A stretch of DNA of 62,923 nucleotides, the filler included, from Choristocarpus tenellus KU-1152 (lineage: Eukaryota > Protista > Phaeophyceae), in the NCBI GenBank assembly GCA_964200185.2. It is 11 parts of 11 records of this genome, joined end to end, with 100 filler letters (N's around TTAATTAATTAA, not from the genome) between each part and the next. Parts side by side here need not be neighbours in the genome. Positions count along the whole stretch, not along the records: positions 22,196 to 29,857 come from CAXNAD020005795.1; positions 29,958 to 33,810 come from CAXNAD020017562.1; positions 33,911 to 38,247 come from CAXNAD020015044.1; positions 38,348 to 41,726 come from CAXNAD020020427.1; 7 more parts are not named here. The stretch is one strand, 5' to 3'. Below are positions 25,368 through 39,252 of this stretch, piece after piece; position 1 is the first letter of the stretch, and every line of letters starts with the position of its first letter. Below the pieces are notes generated by a model. It was not told the DNA's origin. It worked only from the letters and a program-made list of their open reading frames with translations, and did no database searches. The position numbers and the translations under genes were made by a program.

Positions 25368-28300
25368 GCTGTTATCATTCCTCCTGGTGACCAGGGGGTC
25401 TGTATTATTATTGCATTCTTGTGCAAGTAGATGTCATTCCAGGGCAGGCAAATTGAAGAGGCAAACGAGGACCCACCACAACTGGACACTCCTAAGTAGA
25501 GTACCCTTGGGGTATCTATCACATGGGCTGGTGGTGTTCTGTAGACAGAGTTGCACTTGTACTGCCTGGGCAACTTCTCTGGACATCATAATCCATGATA
25601 TCTGTAGGGGGCCTCTCCCCATGACACCAAAATACATCTGCCTGTCTTGCTTGGGTGAGTGAAGAGTACACACCTACATGCTGCACTACAGGTTTCTATT
25701 TTCTGGAAGTTAAAAAGTAGAGAGAATTGGGCTCCATAATTATGCAGAACATGGCTATTTGTGAGCAATCAGAAATCACCACTGATTATCATCAGGAGGA
25801 GGTCAGCAGAATAGTATGCCGATGTGGTTGAAGTCAGAGGCTGATGGTATTCGAAAGACAAAACAAACCCCAGCAGACTGCCATCGTTTTCCCCCTTAGA
25901 TACTCATGTTGCCGACTGAACTGCAAGCCAATTTACGTAACTGTTTCCATCTACCTGTGAGGTTGACCCTGGTCCCACAGAAGTCAACAACATCCCTCTC
26001 TTGGAAACTCTGTTTTAGCTATGGATCGCTTCTCGAAAGGTTGTTGTTCAAGGTCGCTGGAAGTAACCTCTTCAGTGTAAAAGATACTAGTGTTATGTAA
26101 CATATATAAAAGAAACTATGAAATCGACAGGATTTTTGCATGTGGGTGAACTATGGATACATGCCGCAAGGACATATGGTTCTCATTGATACCGTGCGGA
26201 TGGATAGTTACTGGTCCTTTTTATTCTCTTTCCCAATATGAGACTGACAGCGTGTCATCCTTTTATCTTACAAGTGTAAACCAGTAATCTACTGTTAATC
26301 TACTTGGGCACTTTCTCTGTTAGCAATTTTAGCGATGACGATGAAGGACTAACCAATGAGAGGGCTCCACAGTTCAATAGTCTTTTTGATTGGTCGTAAC
26401 AACACAAAATCACGTAAAATTTTCCCGTTATTTATGACCAAAATCAGTATCTTAAGGACACACCTGTAAAAGTAACAGTTGTCGTAAGTGTGAAGGTATC
26501 TTTCCAAAAATCATTTATTTTTTAAGTGATACTGTACCGCTGACTAAACCGAAACCCTTTGTTACACACGGGCATGCCCTCACTGCGTGCTTGCTTCTAC
26601 TCTTTCCTCTCTACGAAGACCAACCATACTATCTACATCTATAAATTCGAAACATAACCGTTTCATCAAGTACATCTGTAGTTGCCAAGAATAATTGTCC
26701 AAGAATGGATGGAAGAGACAGCCCTTCCTTGAGAGAAGAGAGTAGGAGTTTGCGAATAGAACCAATATATGTATATTATTATCAAGATATATACAGACCG
26801 GAGCATCGTGACACCAACATGGCACAATACAACAACAGTATATACTGAAAACTTAGCATGACATGTGTTAATGAGTTTCATGATTTGTCATGGCCCCACC
26901 GAAAAATCACACCACTACAACTACATGATGGAAGTATCCAATGTCAACCCTTTTTCTTCTTTTGAATGTTACGAGTTCATCCTTCGAAGAACAAAAAAAA
27001 ATGTCAGTACAAGCTATTTTCCTCAAGGAACGTGCAACCCCCCCCCCCGATAATGCTGGCAGTACTTCACAAACTTTAGAATAATAATGTTGAGATACGG
27101 CAAGTTAAGTGTACTGAAAAAACAAAGAGCTGGACATCTGGGCATGCAAGTTTTTCTATCAAAGATGGATAACCAATCAACAATCGGCGCCAGGACAGGA
27201 ACAGTGGCACCAAAAAGCAAGACAGAGCAAAAGCCCTCAAGGTAAGCTACTTGGGATGCTACAAAAAGGAGAAGTATTTGCTTTGTGACTGGTCGCAAGG
27301 ACTGCCATCCCATCCTATCAGTCATGACACATGCACGTATATCATGTACCTGCAAGGCGCCATCAGATAGATGTTTTTGACTTCTTGTCTTGCCCATCAC
27401 ATCTGGTTCGAGCATTTCTGATCGGCAACCAGGCACAACAGAGAATTACAAAAAACGTCAGATGAACAACTACAAAAACCCCTCATCTCAACCACAATAA
27501 ATTGGTTGGCTACTACTACAATGCCCATAAAGGAGAGTATCTCGCTTAATCGCTACTACTAAATTGAGAACACTACTAGGTGCATCTGTACCGCCCACAG
27601 AGGCGTGAGTACTCACTTGAAGGGGCTAGACCCCAAACAATGCAGACGATTCTTTGTGTGTAACACAAAAACTGACAGCAGAAACAAAGCGAACAGCTTT
27701 GACACAAGAAATTTCAGCTGCTCACAAAAAAAGAAAAAATCCACCTACAAGGAAGTGGAAGGAACATGCTCCCCACTATATATATATGGAAAACAGTGCG
27801 GAAAAGCACAGTTATCTCGTCTCATCCAGCAGTTACTATGCTGCGTGTAATGATGGACAAGAAAAGGTTAGCACCATCGCCCCGAAAATAGCTAGGTGAC
27901 AAAACAAGAGACGAAATTAAAAAATAAAATAAAGAAACGTACCAACCACCACAGTGTGGATATGGTGACTCTCAGCACAATAATACATGCTGCATGTATT
28001 TCGTCTTTGGATGCTGTATCACCACAACCTCCTGCACCAGTAGGTACTCAACAAAACCCTGCACTAATTTAGGATCAGTCGATTACGAATGATGTATCCT
28101 CTTATCCTCTAATTTACACCACAACAGCACCTATTCTCACAAGAACTTTGTTGTGGAGCAACTCTTTCCTCTTCCCATGACGATCTCTTGCCCTCCGCCC
28201 CTCCCAAGCACCCCCTCAGAGGCACATTAACCCCTGTGGGTTATATTTAGTTGCCAGTGACACTAGTAGTATAGCATTTGTGAGGGAAACATAATGTGGA

Positions 28301-29209
28301 ACGGTCTGTTTCAGCCTCTCTACTCGTAAGCCATTCTTTCTGTAGTCCACTCTACCCCAATCCAAAGTGGGGCCCTACATGATCCATAAAGCAGGACACA
28401 CGGTACAATACATCCCTCTCCACATCCCAAATTAAAAGATTCGACCAAAGATTCGAAAATGTCGGAAATTGAATGCGACACAAGGGATGGTCAAAAGAAG
28501 TATATTCGCAGTACAGTAGTAGTGTGTACCATGGGGGAAAAGAAAATGAACCCTACTGTTTTCAAGTTCGAACTGCCCTTAAAATTGGAAAAAAATGAAG
28601 ATATGCAGGTCTCTCTGACTAGACCTCACACTGAAGCAGGTAGACTAGTTGATATCGGGAGAGGGTGCCTTTGCTACTCAATGGCACTACCACAGCAGTC
28701 ATTTTGGGTCACTTCCTATCTTGAAGACACATCCTCACCTTTCGCCAACAAAAAATAAATAATTCATGGGACTACATGCACCCGTGAAATATGAGGTCAT
28801 GTTCACTTCATATAAACTAACACCAACCTCCTTTCATCCTCCTACATGGCTGGGTTGTCTTTCCCATCATACCCTCAAATTGCCCTTGCCCTCTCACAAA
28901 GCGAGGCATGGAATGTGACACACTAACACAGGGACAATTCGGCGTGAGTCAAAATGACAAATGTTCCAACAAACATCAGCAGCTCAGGCATAGGCAGCGC
29001 AAGGAAGTGAAGATATGTCCCCCCTCCCCCTCATTCCTCCTCCTTGATTCAACCACAATACACCGACTCACTGTAGCCTCAACCATCAAGAAGTCAGCCA
29101 GCTAGTTACTTATCTTGCAGTCTCTGTCCTCCATCCCCCGGTAGATTCAACACGAGTTCTTACAGCCATGCAAGGCTGCCGATTGAACACGCCCTCTCTG
29201 AGCATCTCA

Positions 29210-29794
29210 TCACTCCATCCCTGGATCACTATCCTTTCCAATATCACTGTTACATCCAATCACCACTCCACTCCCCCAACTTCGCCTCTCTCCTCTTCCT
29301 TCCCCCCCTCCCCCACCCACTGCATCCAAATACAGACCATCTTCATCATTTTCTTGGCCCAGCACAGATTTGCACCCAAATTCATCCTCCTGACTCAAAC
29401 TCAACTCATGCAAATTTTGCGAGCTATTGTATTGTTCCACCCATCCTGACGACCCCACCCTGGCTATGCTAACACTTTCCCCCACTCCTTCCCTCTCCCC
29501 TGCAGCATAACTCTTCATTTCATTTGCACGTGGTAGACTAGGGCCATGACGCGACCTAGGCAACGGAAGCCTCTCCCATCGAATCGGTGTCGTTGGCAGT
29601 AACTTTCCCCCTCCCTCCAGACCAACCTTTTGAGGACTCCTTGCTAGCCCGTACTCTCCAGATTCCCCTCCTACTCCCTCAACCGCATGCAAAGCATCTT
29701 CAGCGTGTGGCGAAACCTCTGAGTGAAAGGACTCTTGGTGAAGCGACACAATGCCGCCGTGGTCTTCCTGACCAGCGTATACACCTCGCCTTAC
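29210..29794 (-). CDS. Probable exon of an uncharacterised low-complexity protein
   Basis: Acceptor caatag|GTA at 29794, followed by a ~195-codon GC-rich open frame (VRRGVYAGQEDHGGIVSLHQESF...DSDPGME). No recognisable domain. Confidence 0.4.
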   Translation of the reverse strand, partial: VRRGVYAGQEDHGGIVSLHQESFHSEVSPHAEDALHAVEGVGGESGEYGLARSPQKVGLEGGGKLLPTTPIRWERLPLPRSRHGPSLPRANEMKSYAAGEREGVGESVSIARVGSSGWVEQYNSSQNLHELSLSQEDEFGCKSVLGQENDEDGLYLDAVGGGGGEGRGERRSWGSGVVIGCNSDIGKDSDPGME

Positions 29795-30820
29795 CTATTG
29801 TGCAGTGTATGTGTTTCCCAAAATATGAACAGAACGGAAAGCAAAGGGGCAGTTGAGNNNNNNNNNNNNNNNNNNNNNNNNNNNNNNNNNNNNNNNNNNN
29901 NTTAATTAATTAANNNNNNNNNNNNNNNNNNNNNNNNNNNNNNNNNNNNNNNNNNNNGGGGAGGGGGGGGGGTGTGTGGGGGGGTGTTTGTGTGGGGAGG
30001 AGTGGGGGGTTTTTGGTGTGGGGGGGGGGGGGGGGGGGGGGATAACAACTGGTAAGGTTGACATGATTGTGAGATACAGAGTGAGATCATGGAAGGAGGA
30101 TGGATGGATGAATGCATTGATGATACCTAACCAAGATACTGATCTTTATCATTCTCCAAAGCGTGACCTGAGGTTTGATATTGTGAGAAATTCCAACAAA
30201 TTGTATTTGTATCTTGATGTTCGAGATTGAGTAGTGGCAGATGTGTGCTATCCTCTCACCTCTCATTAAAGTGTCAAGTTGTCAACTTTGAAATCTATTT
30301 TATGTAGATTTATATGGGTTAGTGTGATACCATGAGGTTATAGTCAGTACCATCTACGTCATGTTCATGAGTAGGTTCAATAATGTGATCTATTTTTGTT
30401 TTGACATTTATCACTAGCAGTCCTGTGGTCTACTTGTAGTAAAACAATTATGTGGGATAGCACAGGGTGGCTACAAAGTGTGGGGGTGATCGGATAGGTT
30501 TGTTTGAGGGGGCTCCAAAATAGGTCCTGGCAAGCATGTATGTGAATTTCCTGTAAAAGCTATTCATCGAACACTCACCCACTCTATCCCTTCTGCACAG
30601 TGTTACCAGGGGACATGCAAGGATGGACCTGTGTAATTCTTGTATGTAGCATAATGGATTAGAAAATGTCCCATGGCGGTCCCGTAACAACCAGAAGTTG
30701 TCTTGACACGATACCCCTCTGCTTGCTGATATGGATATTAAAAAGCTGACATGAAAAAGTTTGCGCCATGTCCCCCTTTCCTGTGTCCCTGTCTCCACCA
30801 TCACCCACTGGTATCCCCAG

Positions 30821-32621
30821 GATGGTGTGACGGCTTTTGAGGCCATGGAGTCTGGCATGCTTTCGTCCCTCCGTAAATTCCTCTCTTGGCTCGAAAAGCA
30901 GAGCAGGGGTGATGGGTGCAGGGTGGGATTTGGTCCATCGGAAGGATTTGGACTGGAGAGGGCTGTGGCTGATGCCTTTGCTGCGTGTGGAGGGGGAGTG
31001 GAGAGTGGAGGCACAGAGGAGAAGCCTGGGACTATTGCAATTGTTGAGGCAAGAGAAGAAGGGCCGGGGTGGGGGGTGGAGGGTGTCATTGGCGTAGGGT
31101 GTTTTAAGTGATCTGTTTCTTAAGGAAAACTACTGGAAGTGAAAGAGGTTTCATTCTGGGAATATGCATTAATGATGTTGTGGTGAGAGTCTAATGACAT
31201 GGGGTACATACTTTACTTCCTCTGGACTAAAATCAGAAGCCAGTTTTCGAATTGAGGCCTGTGAGGTTTGGTCAGGGATAGGGTCTTCCTGGACATAGTA
31301 GATGTATAAGTTATTCCCACAATGGCAAAGAGAGAAACAATTCTTCAATAATATGGACCATTTAAGGTATTGATAAGTCATCTAGCTGCCTGCACATTGA
31401 TTCATTCACTACCCCTCTCAGCATAGGTCGATTGCTCTAGGTTGTGAGTTGGTACTTGAAAGGAAGAAGGTATGTAGTTTTGCTGTTGTCATTAAAGGTG
31501 GAAGCACATGTACTGTTAATGCTTTTTATTTTTATTTTTATTTTTGCCTTGTCCCTGAAGCTAAGCCTTGATGGAGATTGTTATTCTTGAAGATATATAG
31601 GGGTGGTTTTGGGGGGAGGGAGGAAAAGGCATCTCCGATTGGGCGATGGTCTGGTACTGTTCATAATCCCACACCTTCTGCATGTTGTTCAGAGCGGGCT
31701 TTACACACTATGTTACACGATAGCGGCATAATTATAGGTTCTGTAGTGTGTGTTACCCCCAAGATGAATAGAAATGTTATTAATATATATATATATATAT
31801 ATGTACAGAAAAGAAAGAAAAAAAACGTATTTGCTTCATTTATACACAGTAACAAAAGCACCTGCATCTATGACCAATCTTTTGTTGGTCTGACTCCATT
31901 TTTCTTTTTGTGTCTGCCTCACGGCACTTGTGTGGGTTTACGTAGGTTGGTGGTGAGATGATGCTCTGGCTTTGTTTTGAAGGACAAAACAAATCATCTG
32001 TTTTGTTAGTTGCCTTTGGTGTGCCAACTTTGGCGTGTGTTCGATCACCTTCCCTGTACAATCCTTGAACATTCTGGGACACTTCTACACACCTCCCTTG
32101 TTGCCCCTGATTGTAAACCTTTCCTCTTTCTTACCCCTCTTTATACCGTGGAAGACCTACCCTGTCACCACATTCCCCATATTCAGGCCTAATGTCCCCT
32201 CCCCAATCCCTCCTCAAATACAGCTTGTGCACCTCATGCACAACGTCATTGGCATTGAACTTCTTCCTGTGGATGGCCCGGATGCCCAGAACCCACTGTC
32301 TGCAGCAACAGCTGGATTGGGGAGAGGAGGAGGTACTGGTTTTGGGGTTGGGAGCCGAAGGAGGTTTGGTGGGGGTGGCAGCAGTGCCGGGGGAGGTATG
32401 GGTCTGGAGGCCTTGACTACCCCCATGATGCTCCAGTTGCGTCCATCAAGAGGGGGATTGTGTAGGGTTAGGGATCGGGGCCCAGGGGGAGATGTGATTG
32501 ATGGGCCACTTACTGCGCTTGTGGGAGGGGGTGGAGGTGTTGGTGGTGGGCGTGAAGGCAGAGGTGAAGGGCTTGCAATTGTGGCGTCTGTACAGCCACT
32601 GGCGAGACTTATGCAACTTCG
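30821..32621 (+). CDS. TRIP12/UPL3/Ufd4-like HECT E3 ubiquitin ligase, internal exons
   Basis: Exon 30821-~31048 (DGVTAFEAMESGMLSSLRKFLS) and exon 32224-32621 (LVHLMHNVIGIELLPV...GLEALTTPMMLQLRP...VASVQPLARLMQL). These match in order the UPL3 blocks DGVSTFEFIGSGVV, LVQKLQNALSSLERFPV, GLSALSQPFKLRL and VLIDPLASL as I recall them. The HECT domain itself is not in the window. Confidence 0.7.
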
Positions 32622-33745
32622 GTGAGGTTGAATTGGTTGGTGTGGTGTGGTGTGATGTGATGTGATGTGATGTGATTTGATTTGATTTGATGAAAATCAA
32701 GGATATTGGGGTGTGGTGTGATGGTGAATTTTTGTGTGTGTGTGTGAGATTCTGTGAGGAGGTGATCCTGTGCAAAGTGTTGGGATTAAGGGTGGGGGTG
32801 GAAAGGGATGGAAGGGGAAGTTATTGTGAGATTGTGAAGGTGTGATTGGTGGTAGAGCTTGGACTAGGAGTTTTACGGAGCTACTCTGTCGTACTATGTC
32901 GGCCTGTCTTTTCATTGTGGAGGTTTGTAGGGGGTAAGCATGGCCTTTGTCTGTAGTGGCTCTGATGTTTGTAGTGGGCATTGGTATCTTTTTTGTCCTT
33001 TTGTCCAGCCCTTTTTCACCTTTTTTGGGGGGGGTTGAATTCATTTCTGGAAGAAGAGTTTGTTGGTCTCCCCCCAGCCCTTGCCACAAGCCTCTACGTA
33101 GACCTAGTAGTTGGGTGCATGACACACAGGAGAGTGTTGAGACTGATTTCAGTATGAACAGGCTGCATCTTCTTTCGTGGTTTGTTTGGTCGCGATCCAT
33201 CAGTTCTGGCTACTGAAAGCTTTGACTCAGAGTATTGATAATGGTGTGAAGTCTCAACCATTTGGAAGAGAGCTCTGATGTTACGTATCAACAGGGACAT
33301 TTAAGACGTTATCGAGTAACTATTGGCCCTTTTTGCGCATTCTAGAATGATAGGAATGAAGGCGTCCAGAAATTCGCCCTCATGATTATTGTTCTATCAT
33401 TTTGAGTACTTACATGCCACGGTGAATTTTGATCTGTGAGCATCATCAAGCTCTTCTACCTTTCTTTAGCAGTATTATGTTGCCTGATTGCATTCCACTC
33501 TTTAAAATGTTTTGGGCACTCTGCGGTCTTTTTCACCGCAGAAGAGTATTACAGCCGACTTTCCGATTTCAATAAAATTATTCCTTTCGTTATCAAGTCA
33601 TCAGAGATGTGAATCATCCAAACTGGAGCACATGGTAGTGTGCTTATAAACTGCATATTCAGTACATCTACAATATAGCACGATGTGGTACCTCATTTAC
33701 CCTTGCTCACGGCGAGAGCGTGTGAGCATCGTGGCTAATGCTATC

Positions 33746-33797
<52 letters not shown>

Positions 33798-34453
33798 ACA
33801 CGCACTCCGCNNNNNNNNNNNNNNNNNNNNNNNNNNNNNNNNNNNNNNNNNNNNTTAATTAATTAANNNNNNNNNNNNNNNNNNNNNNNNNNNNNNNNNN
33901 NNNNNNNNNNTCTCAGTCAATTTTGGGTCAAGCCCATCCTTAATGAAAAGCTCCGTCCTCAATTTTTGAAATCGGCTGTTATTTGCAACTTGCAATTATG
34001 TTCAGGCAAGCTCTCATGGGTTAATCGCGATTAATTGACTAGGTGATCCCGTAAGGCGCGTAATCGGCAAGCAATGGACCAGTGGCATAACCATGAGGAA
34101 ATAGACCTTCTGAGTGGTGGGCCCTTGCCAGAGTCAAATTTTGTACAAGCGTGTCATTGAGCACAATACGAAGGTGACCTTTCGGAGGCGTGTGCGCGCG
34201 CGGATAGGGACTAACAATTGGTCCAAATATATTCAATTTTCGGTGAATCGTGATTACTCTATCTAGTGTTGTGAATAGTAATGATCGAATCATATCGATG
34301 GAATCAATCCGATTCAATTAAATCGCAGTTTAAGTCTAACTGAAAATCTTGGGACCAATCGTTCGGTTGCCTTTTTTTCTTCCGTGAAAGATTTGGAGGA
34401 GAGAAGGACAAACACAGCCACAGAAACAACCGACAGGCGCCATAAACATATAT

Positions 34454-34635
34454 GGCTCAAAGTATCTGGGGGCGAGGGGGATCTACACCATGGTGTCCAT
34501 TTGGGTCCTGACCAGGAGAAGTGAACGTACATTACCCATCCGACGCATGCAACCAAATCATCCAAAAATCACAACATGAAAAAAAAGGGTCCCGAATGGA
34601 CAGCCGTCACGCACACCCCCCTGATACTTTGAGCC
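34454..34635. mobile_element. MITE family 2, complete copy
   Basis: GGCTCAAAGTATCTGGGGG ... CCCCCTGATACTTTGAGCC inverted termini. Confidence 0.78.
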
Positions 34636-34952
34636 ATCTAGGACTGCATAATATGCCATGGCATGACGATGTACTCTGAAGACAGTGAGGGTGGGTACCT
34701 ACACGTGTATGGCATCAACCTATTTGCAGCATATGCCAATTTGCACGTGGAGGATGATGACAAGGAAGGTGAAGGGTCAGATGAAGACACGGAATCTGTC
34801 TTGAAAGCAGATAGTGAGCCATCAGTGGTATAGTTGAGTCGCTTGTTGGAGGAAGAACAATGTATCACGACCCACAACTGCATACAGCAATGTTTGGAGT
34901 ATGTAATTGGTATACCTTTTAATGGGTAAGGGGGGAAAAAAAAGGCCATGAA

Positions 34953-35209
34953 GAGTGAAAGTATCTTAGAGGGTACGAGATTTGCCCTGTTTGTCCGTTT
35001 GGGGTTTGGCTACCAGTAATTTTGTTTATACATTTTCCCACTCCAAATTTTTTCCGAGCAGGTAAAATATATGCGTTACGAAACGGTGAGACTGGAACGA
35101 GGATATTGACACTTCCTAACAAATACGATGGTCAAAATTACATAAAATCGCAACATTGAATTTTGGCTCTCAAATGGACGTGTCTCTACCCTCTAAGATA
35201 CTTTGGCTC
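34953..35209 (+). mobile_element. MITE family 1, complete copy
   Basis: GAGTGAAAGTATCTTAGAGGGTA ... TACCCTCTAAGATACTTTGGCTC, with TGAA/TGAA flanks. Confidence 0.85.
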
Positions 35210-38200
35210 TGAAGTTACCTCAGGCAGCTATTGGGACCTATTCCAAGTCCAGCAAGTGTACGGAGAGCTTGGAGGAGATGCAGAATGTTGAGTAGTAGAA
35301 TTGAAGTATACCAACTCGTTGATTATCCACTTACTACATGGTGAACCCCTTCTTGTACCTCAAAACTGCCATCATTCTTCCAGAGAACATGAATGGTCAC
35401 CCACAACGTGTGTCGACATTTGAGTAGCAGGAGAGAAGTCGGACTAGGAATATACTCCGAGGGGTAAAACAGATATTGGAAGCGCTTCTAGGAGGAACGA
35501 AGTGTAGAAGTCACCTATCCCCTGTTAAATGTGTTGACAACTAATATATGCAACACCTTTTGTATTATGTATTGGCATCTCTACCACACAAACCTCACTC
35601 CTTCCTTACACCTTGCAAGCGTGCGATAGTGTGTCTCTAATTGTCCCCATTTTCTATGATGCATGGGCGGAGCTGGAGAAAGCAGCGTAAGCCTGCAGTA
35701 CCTTCAAAGCCACCACCTCTTAACAGGTTGAAGCAGAAAATGATGTATGCCAGTGCACAAGCGCGATATTATCTGATTTAGCGAACCAGTTTGGTATAGG
35801 GAGGAATATCTGCCAGGTACTCTGAGGGTGAGAACAGGCAACCCAGAAGGTTTATGTGGAAGCAAGCCTTGGGTACTTGTCTGGACCGCGTAACCAAACC
35901 CTTAGCGAGGTTTCATGACCAAAAAATTTGTGGGTAGGTCAAGTTAGAAGTTCAAGACATTATCAAGGAGGAGCGCAGAGCCAGGAAGCAAGGAATAATC
36001 CAGTGGTGGAACCAAGCCCATGTCCACGTACTGTCCATCGTGAGTGGGGGTAGTCCTCCATTAAACGACACAAGGGGTTCGTAAAAGCTTCCCTTGCAAC
36101 GTATGTGGGGAGTTCAGCTGCTGGGTGGCGGGATATCTGAATACACACACAGTCAGGGAGCTTATGGAGGAAGCAGCACATGTAGAACCTGTTGCCTTCA
36201 AGGATGCAGGGGGAGGACTCCCAGTACACGTGATATGGAGAGTGGAACATGCAACAACCCGGTCAGTGGTGGCTGGAAAGGAGGATAAAATTTCGGTACC
36301 TGACCAAACTTGTTATACGTATTTTGGGCATTCCTGCTGCACAAGGAGGCTCAAGAGTGCGCGTTCTCAACGGCTGAGGATATTGCGACCTAAAAGCGAG
36401 CAGGCTGGACCCAGGTTATGTTGGCCTCCATCTCTTCCTTCACAACACCTGGATGAAGGTGGATGCATGGAAGGCTGCAACAGAAAGGATATCACCTGAA
36501 ATTCAACCAGCATCAATGTGTAGCCACACGCACATACTGTTGAAACCTGGATCGAATGCATCGTATATGTAAGCAAAATGCATTGACTACAAGCGGTGAG
36601 GAATCATGGTGTTGTAAAGCACCGATGAGTAAAATGCGTAGTCTATGTTATGGATAGATGTGTTTGTGCTGCAAAACACCGATGTATTTATTCTGTTGTA
36701 ACTGAGGTCATTGATCTCTCAGTCAATAATGATGTGATGTGAATTCAGTGTTCTTTCATGATATACTTAACGAAAGAAGCCCATGCTCTGTCGAGAGGCT
36801 TGATACCTTGGCTGGCAAAGGTTTCTGTGGATGGTTTTAATGATTATAATTCATCCAGGTGTGTGCAGCTGGTTACATTATGAGGAATCAATGGCAACCA
36901 AGAAAGAAATAATAATCAACAATCGACGTACAACTGTCATCATCTGGTGACAAGGAGCAAGAGAGAGAAAACAGAAAAAGGACAAACAGGACAACAGAAG
37001 GACAAACTTGAATCAATATGTGATGCAACTCAAGTGACGCGTACTATTCCTCTTTGTAGAATGCAGAGCGACTGTTCCGTACTGCGGTGTTCTGACGGTA
37101 ATTGAGGTGGTGATGATGAACTAGTGACGCTAACGATCAGTGCGTGAGAGACCAATCAACAGTCAGTGTTGACTGGAGGAACTGTATCGTCTCAAGGAAA
37201 AACAGATGAGTAGCCTATGTTTTAACACCCTCTCCTCACTAAAAGAAGTGGAACACTGGCGAGGGAGTGTGACGTATGGCTAGGAGCAGAGAAAATATAT
37301 CCAGAACGTTGAGCGAAAGAGAAGACAGTTCAAAAGATAGGGGAACAACTACAGAATGAAAAAAATGGGTAGTTTAGTTCAGAAAAAAAAAATCTCCAAT
37401 ACTTCCAGGGAAAAAAAAAATAACACAAAACATATCCAGAGGTGTCTACTGAATACAAGATAAAACGATTCTGAAGGACTACAAACGTAACACTTGGTTA
37501 AGAGTCAATTTCCCACATGGGGGAAAAAAGTAGCGTCGTGGTTCCAGGCACAGAGGGGGTTGCGGAGGGAAGTGGTGGATTGCTGGGCGTTTGGACCTGA
37601 AGGTAGCCATGAGAATGTTGACTTCGGGAGTAGTGGAGTGAGTTGTGGGATTGCCCAGCAAGGAAGCCAGAGCGTTTGGGGTGACAAAGGTGAAGTAGTG
37701 CACTGGAAATGCACTGCGGTGGGTTGTGGTTGGGTTGTGTGGTGAGTCGTAAAGGGAATAGTGGTGTTGGACATGAGGAGATGGGGTAGTTAAGGGTGGA
37801 AGGTTAAGGGAATAGGGGTGTTGGACGAGTTTGGTTGAGGAAGGAATAAAGGAAGGTTAGTTGGGTCTGAGATGTGATCAGTGGGATTATGGGACTGTGG
37901 ATGGGCAGGCTCTATGGAGCTTCTGGTAAGTGGAGTAAGGGTTAGTAGGATGAGGTGTGAGAAGGGTTGAAGGGTAAGGGTAGGAAGGGGTGGGCAGTGG
38001 TCTTGAACAGGGATTGTAGTGGGTTGGGGGGGGTGAGATGTGATGGGGCAACAGTGTGGCTGAGGCCCTCATCCGTAGGTTTGATGGATCGGTGGTGTTG
38101 ATGTTGTTGGTTCCTGCGCAGGTTCTATGGTGTGTAGATGGTAGGGTTCTTGTCAAGCAACTTTTTTTTTTACATTGTCAACCAAATCACAGCAAAAAAT

Positions 38201-39078
38201 GAAAATCGAAAAAAGGGTGAAAAACGGACACCGACACCCCCCCCCCCNNNNNNNNNNNNNNNNNNNNNNNNNNNNNNNNNNNNNNNNNNNNTTAATTAAT
38301 TAANNNNNNNNNNNNNNNNNNNNNNNNNNNNNNNNNNNNNNNNNNNNGTTGCTCCTTCTCCCTCTTTCATCCCAACCTGTTGTTTTTTTCCTCCCCCCCC
38401 CCCCCCCCCCCCCCCCTCTAGTCTCCGCTGCTGTTGGACATACAATTCAAATCATTTACTCTAGTTTTTTCTGTTTCTTCATCAATTTCTTCTTGTCTGT
38501 TATACCGTGGGCCTGTGTCTTGGTTGTTTGTGTTTGTTCTCCATATTCTTTTGTATTTATTTCTGTATGTATATATGTTCATGTACATATTATTTAGGCA
38601 TTCATACATCGAAGTGTTTTTGATACACAACACTATCACAAAAAAAGAAATCAACTACTAAATTAGCCCATCCAATCACGCTGTCCCTCACTCCTCCTCA
38701 GAAAGACAGACAAGACATCACCACAATCAACCCCAATTTCCACAACAAAAAACACTTCATCATTCCCCTACTAAACCAAGCTTCCACTCTCCCCTAATGC
38801 CTCCTGCACCCTTGCACATTGCTATCTGCTGCACCATGTCGATGTAGATGATTTTCACACACCACACCAACCCTTTCAAAATTCTTGGGTTTCCTAAAAC
38901 ATGCAGGTAGCAGACATGGAGCAACACTAAAGCTCACTCTCATCAATTAACACCCTAACCCTGAAACATCAACTCAACCCTATAGAGGAGAGTCCTTATT
39001 GACTAGCATTGGTTACATTTACTATTGGCTAGTACTACCTAAACAGAGATACAAATCTTATCCATTACATGAGACACA

Positions 39079-39252
39079 CCTTGCTTGAAGAACTCGGATG
39101 CTGGCATAGCTGTGCCATACCCCCCCCTTGTCCCCCCTCCCTTCGCCCCAGTCACCCCTGCCTGATGAATACTCTTCAACTCCCCAATTTCATGCCGTAG
39201 GTCCACCAGCAGCTGCCGTTGATCCTCCAGTTCTTCTGAAGTTGCTTTGCTC
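39079..39252 (-). CDS. Probable internal exon of an uncharacterised coiled-coil protein
   Basis: Acceptor ttttcag|AGC and donor CAAG|GTGTGT bracket SKATSEELEDQRQLLVDLRHEIGELKSIHQAG...SEFFKQ. Partner exons are not resolved. Confidence 0.45.

Noticed and set aside
33911-34380. CpG-rich block as a possible ncRNA or foreign DNA
   Set aside because: No tRNA, rRNA or snRNA motifs and no recognisable protein in any frame.
35200-36650. Possible further Copia remnants (also ~4900-5700)
   Set aside because: Only faint motif echoes (e.g. KVYVEASLGY); too decayed to support a call by eye.
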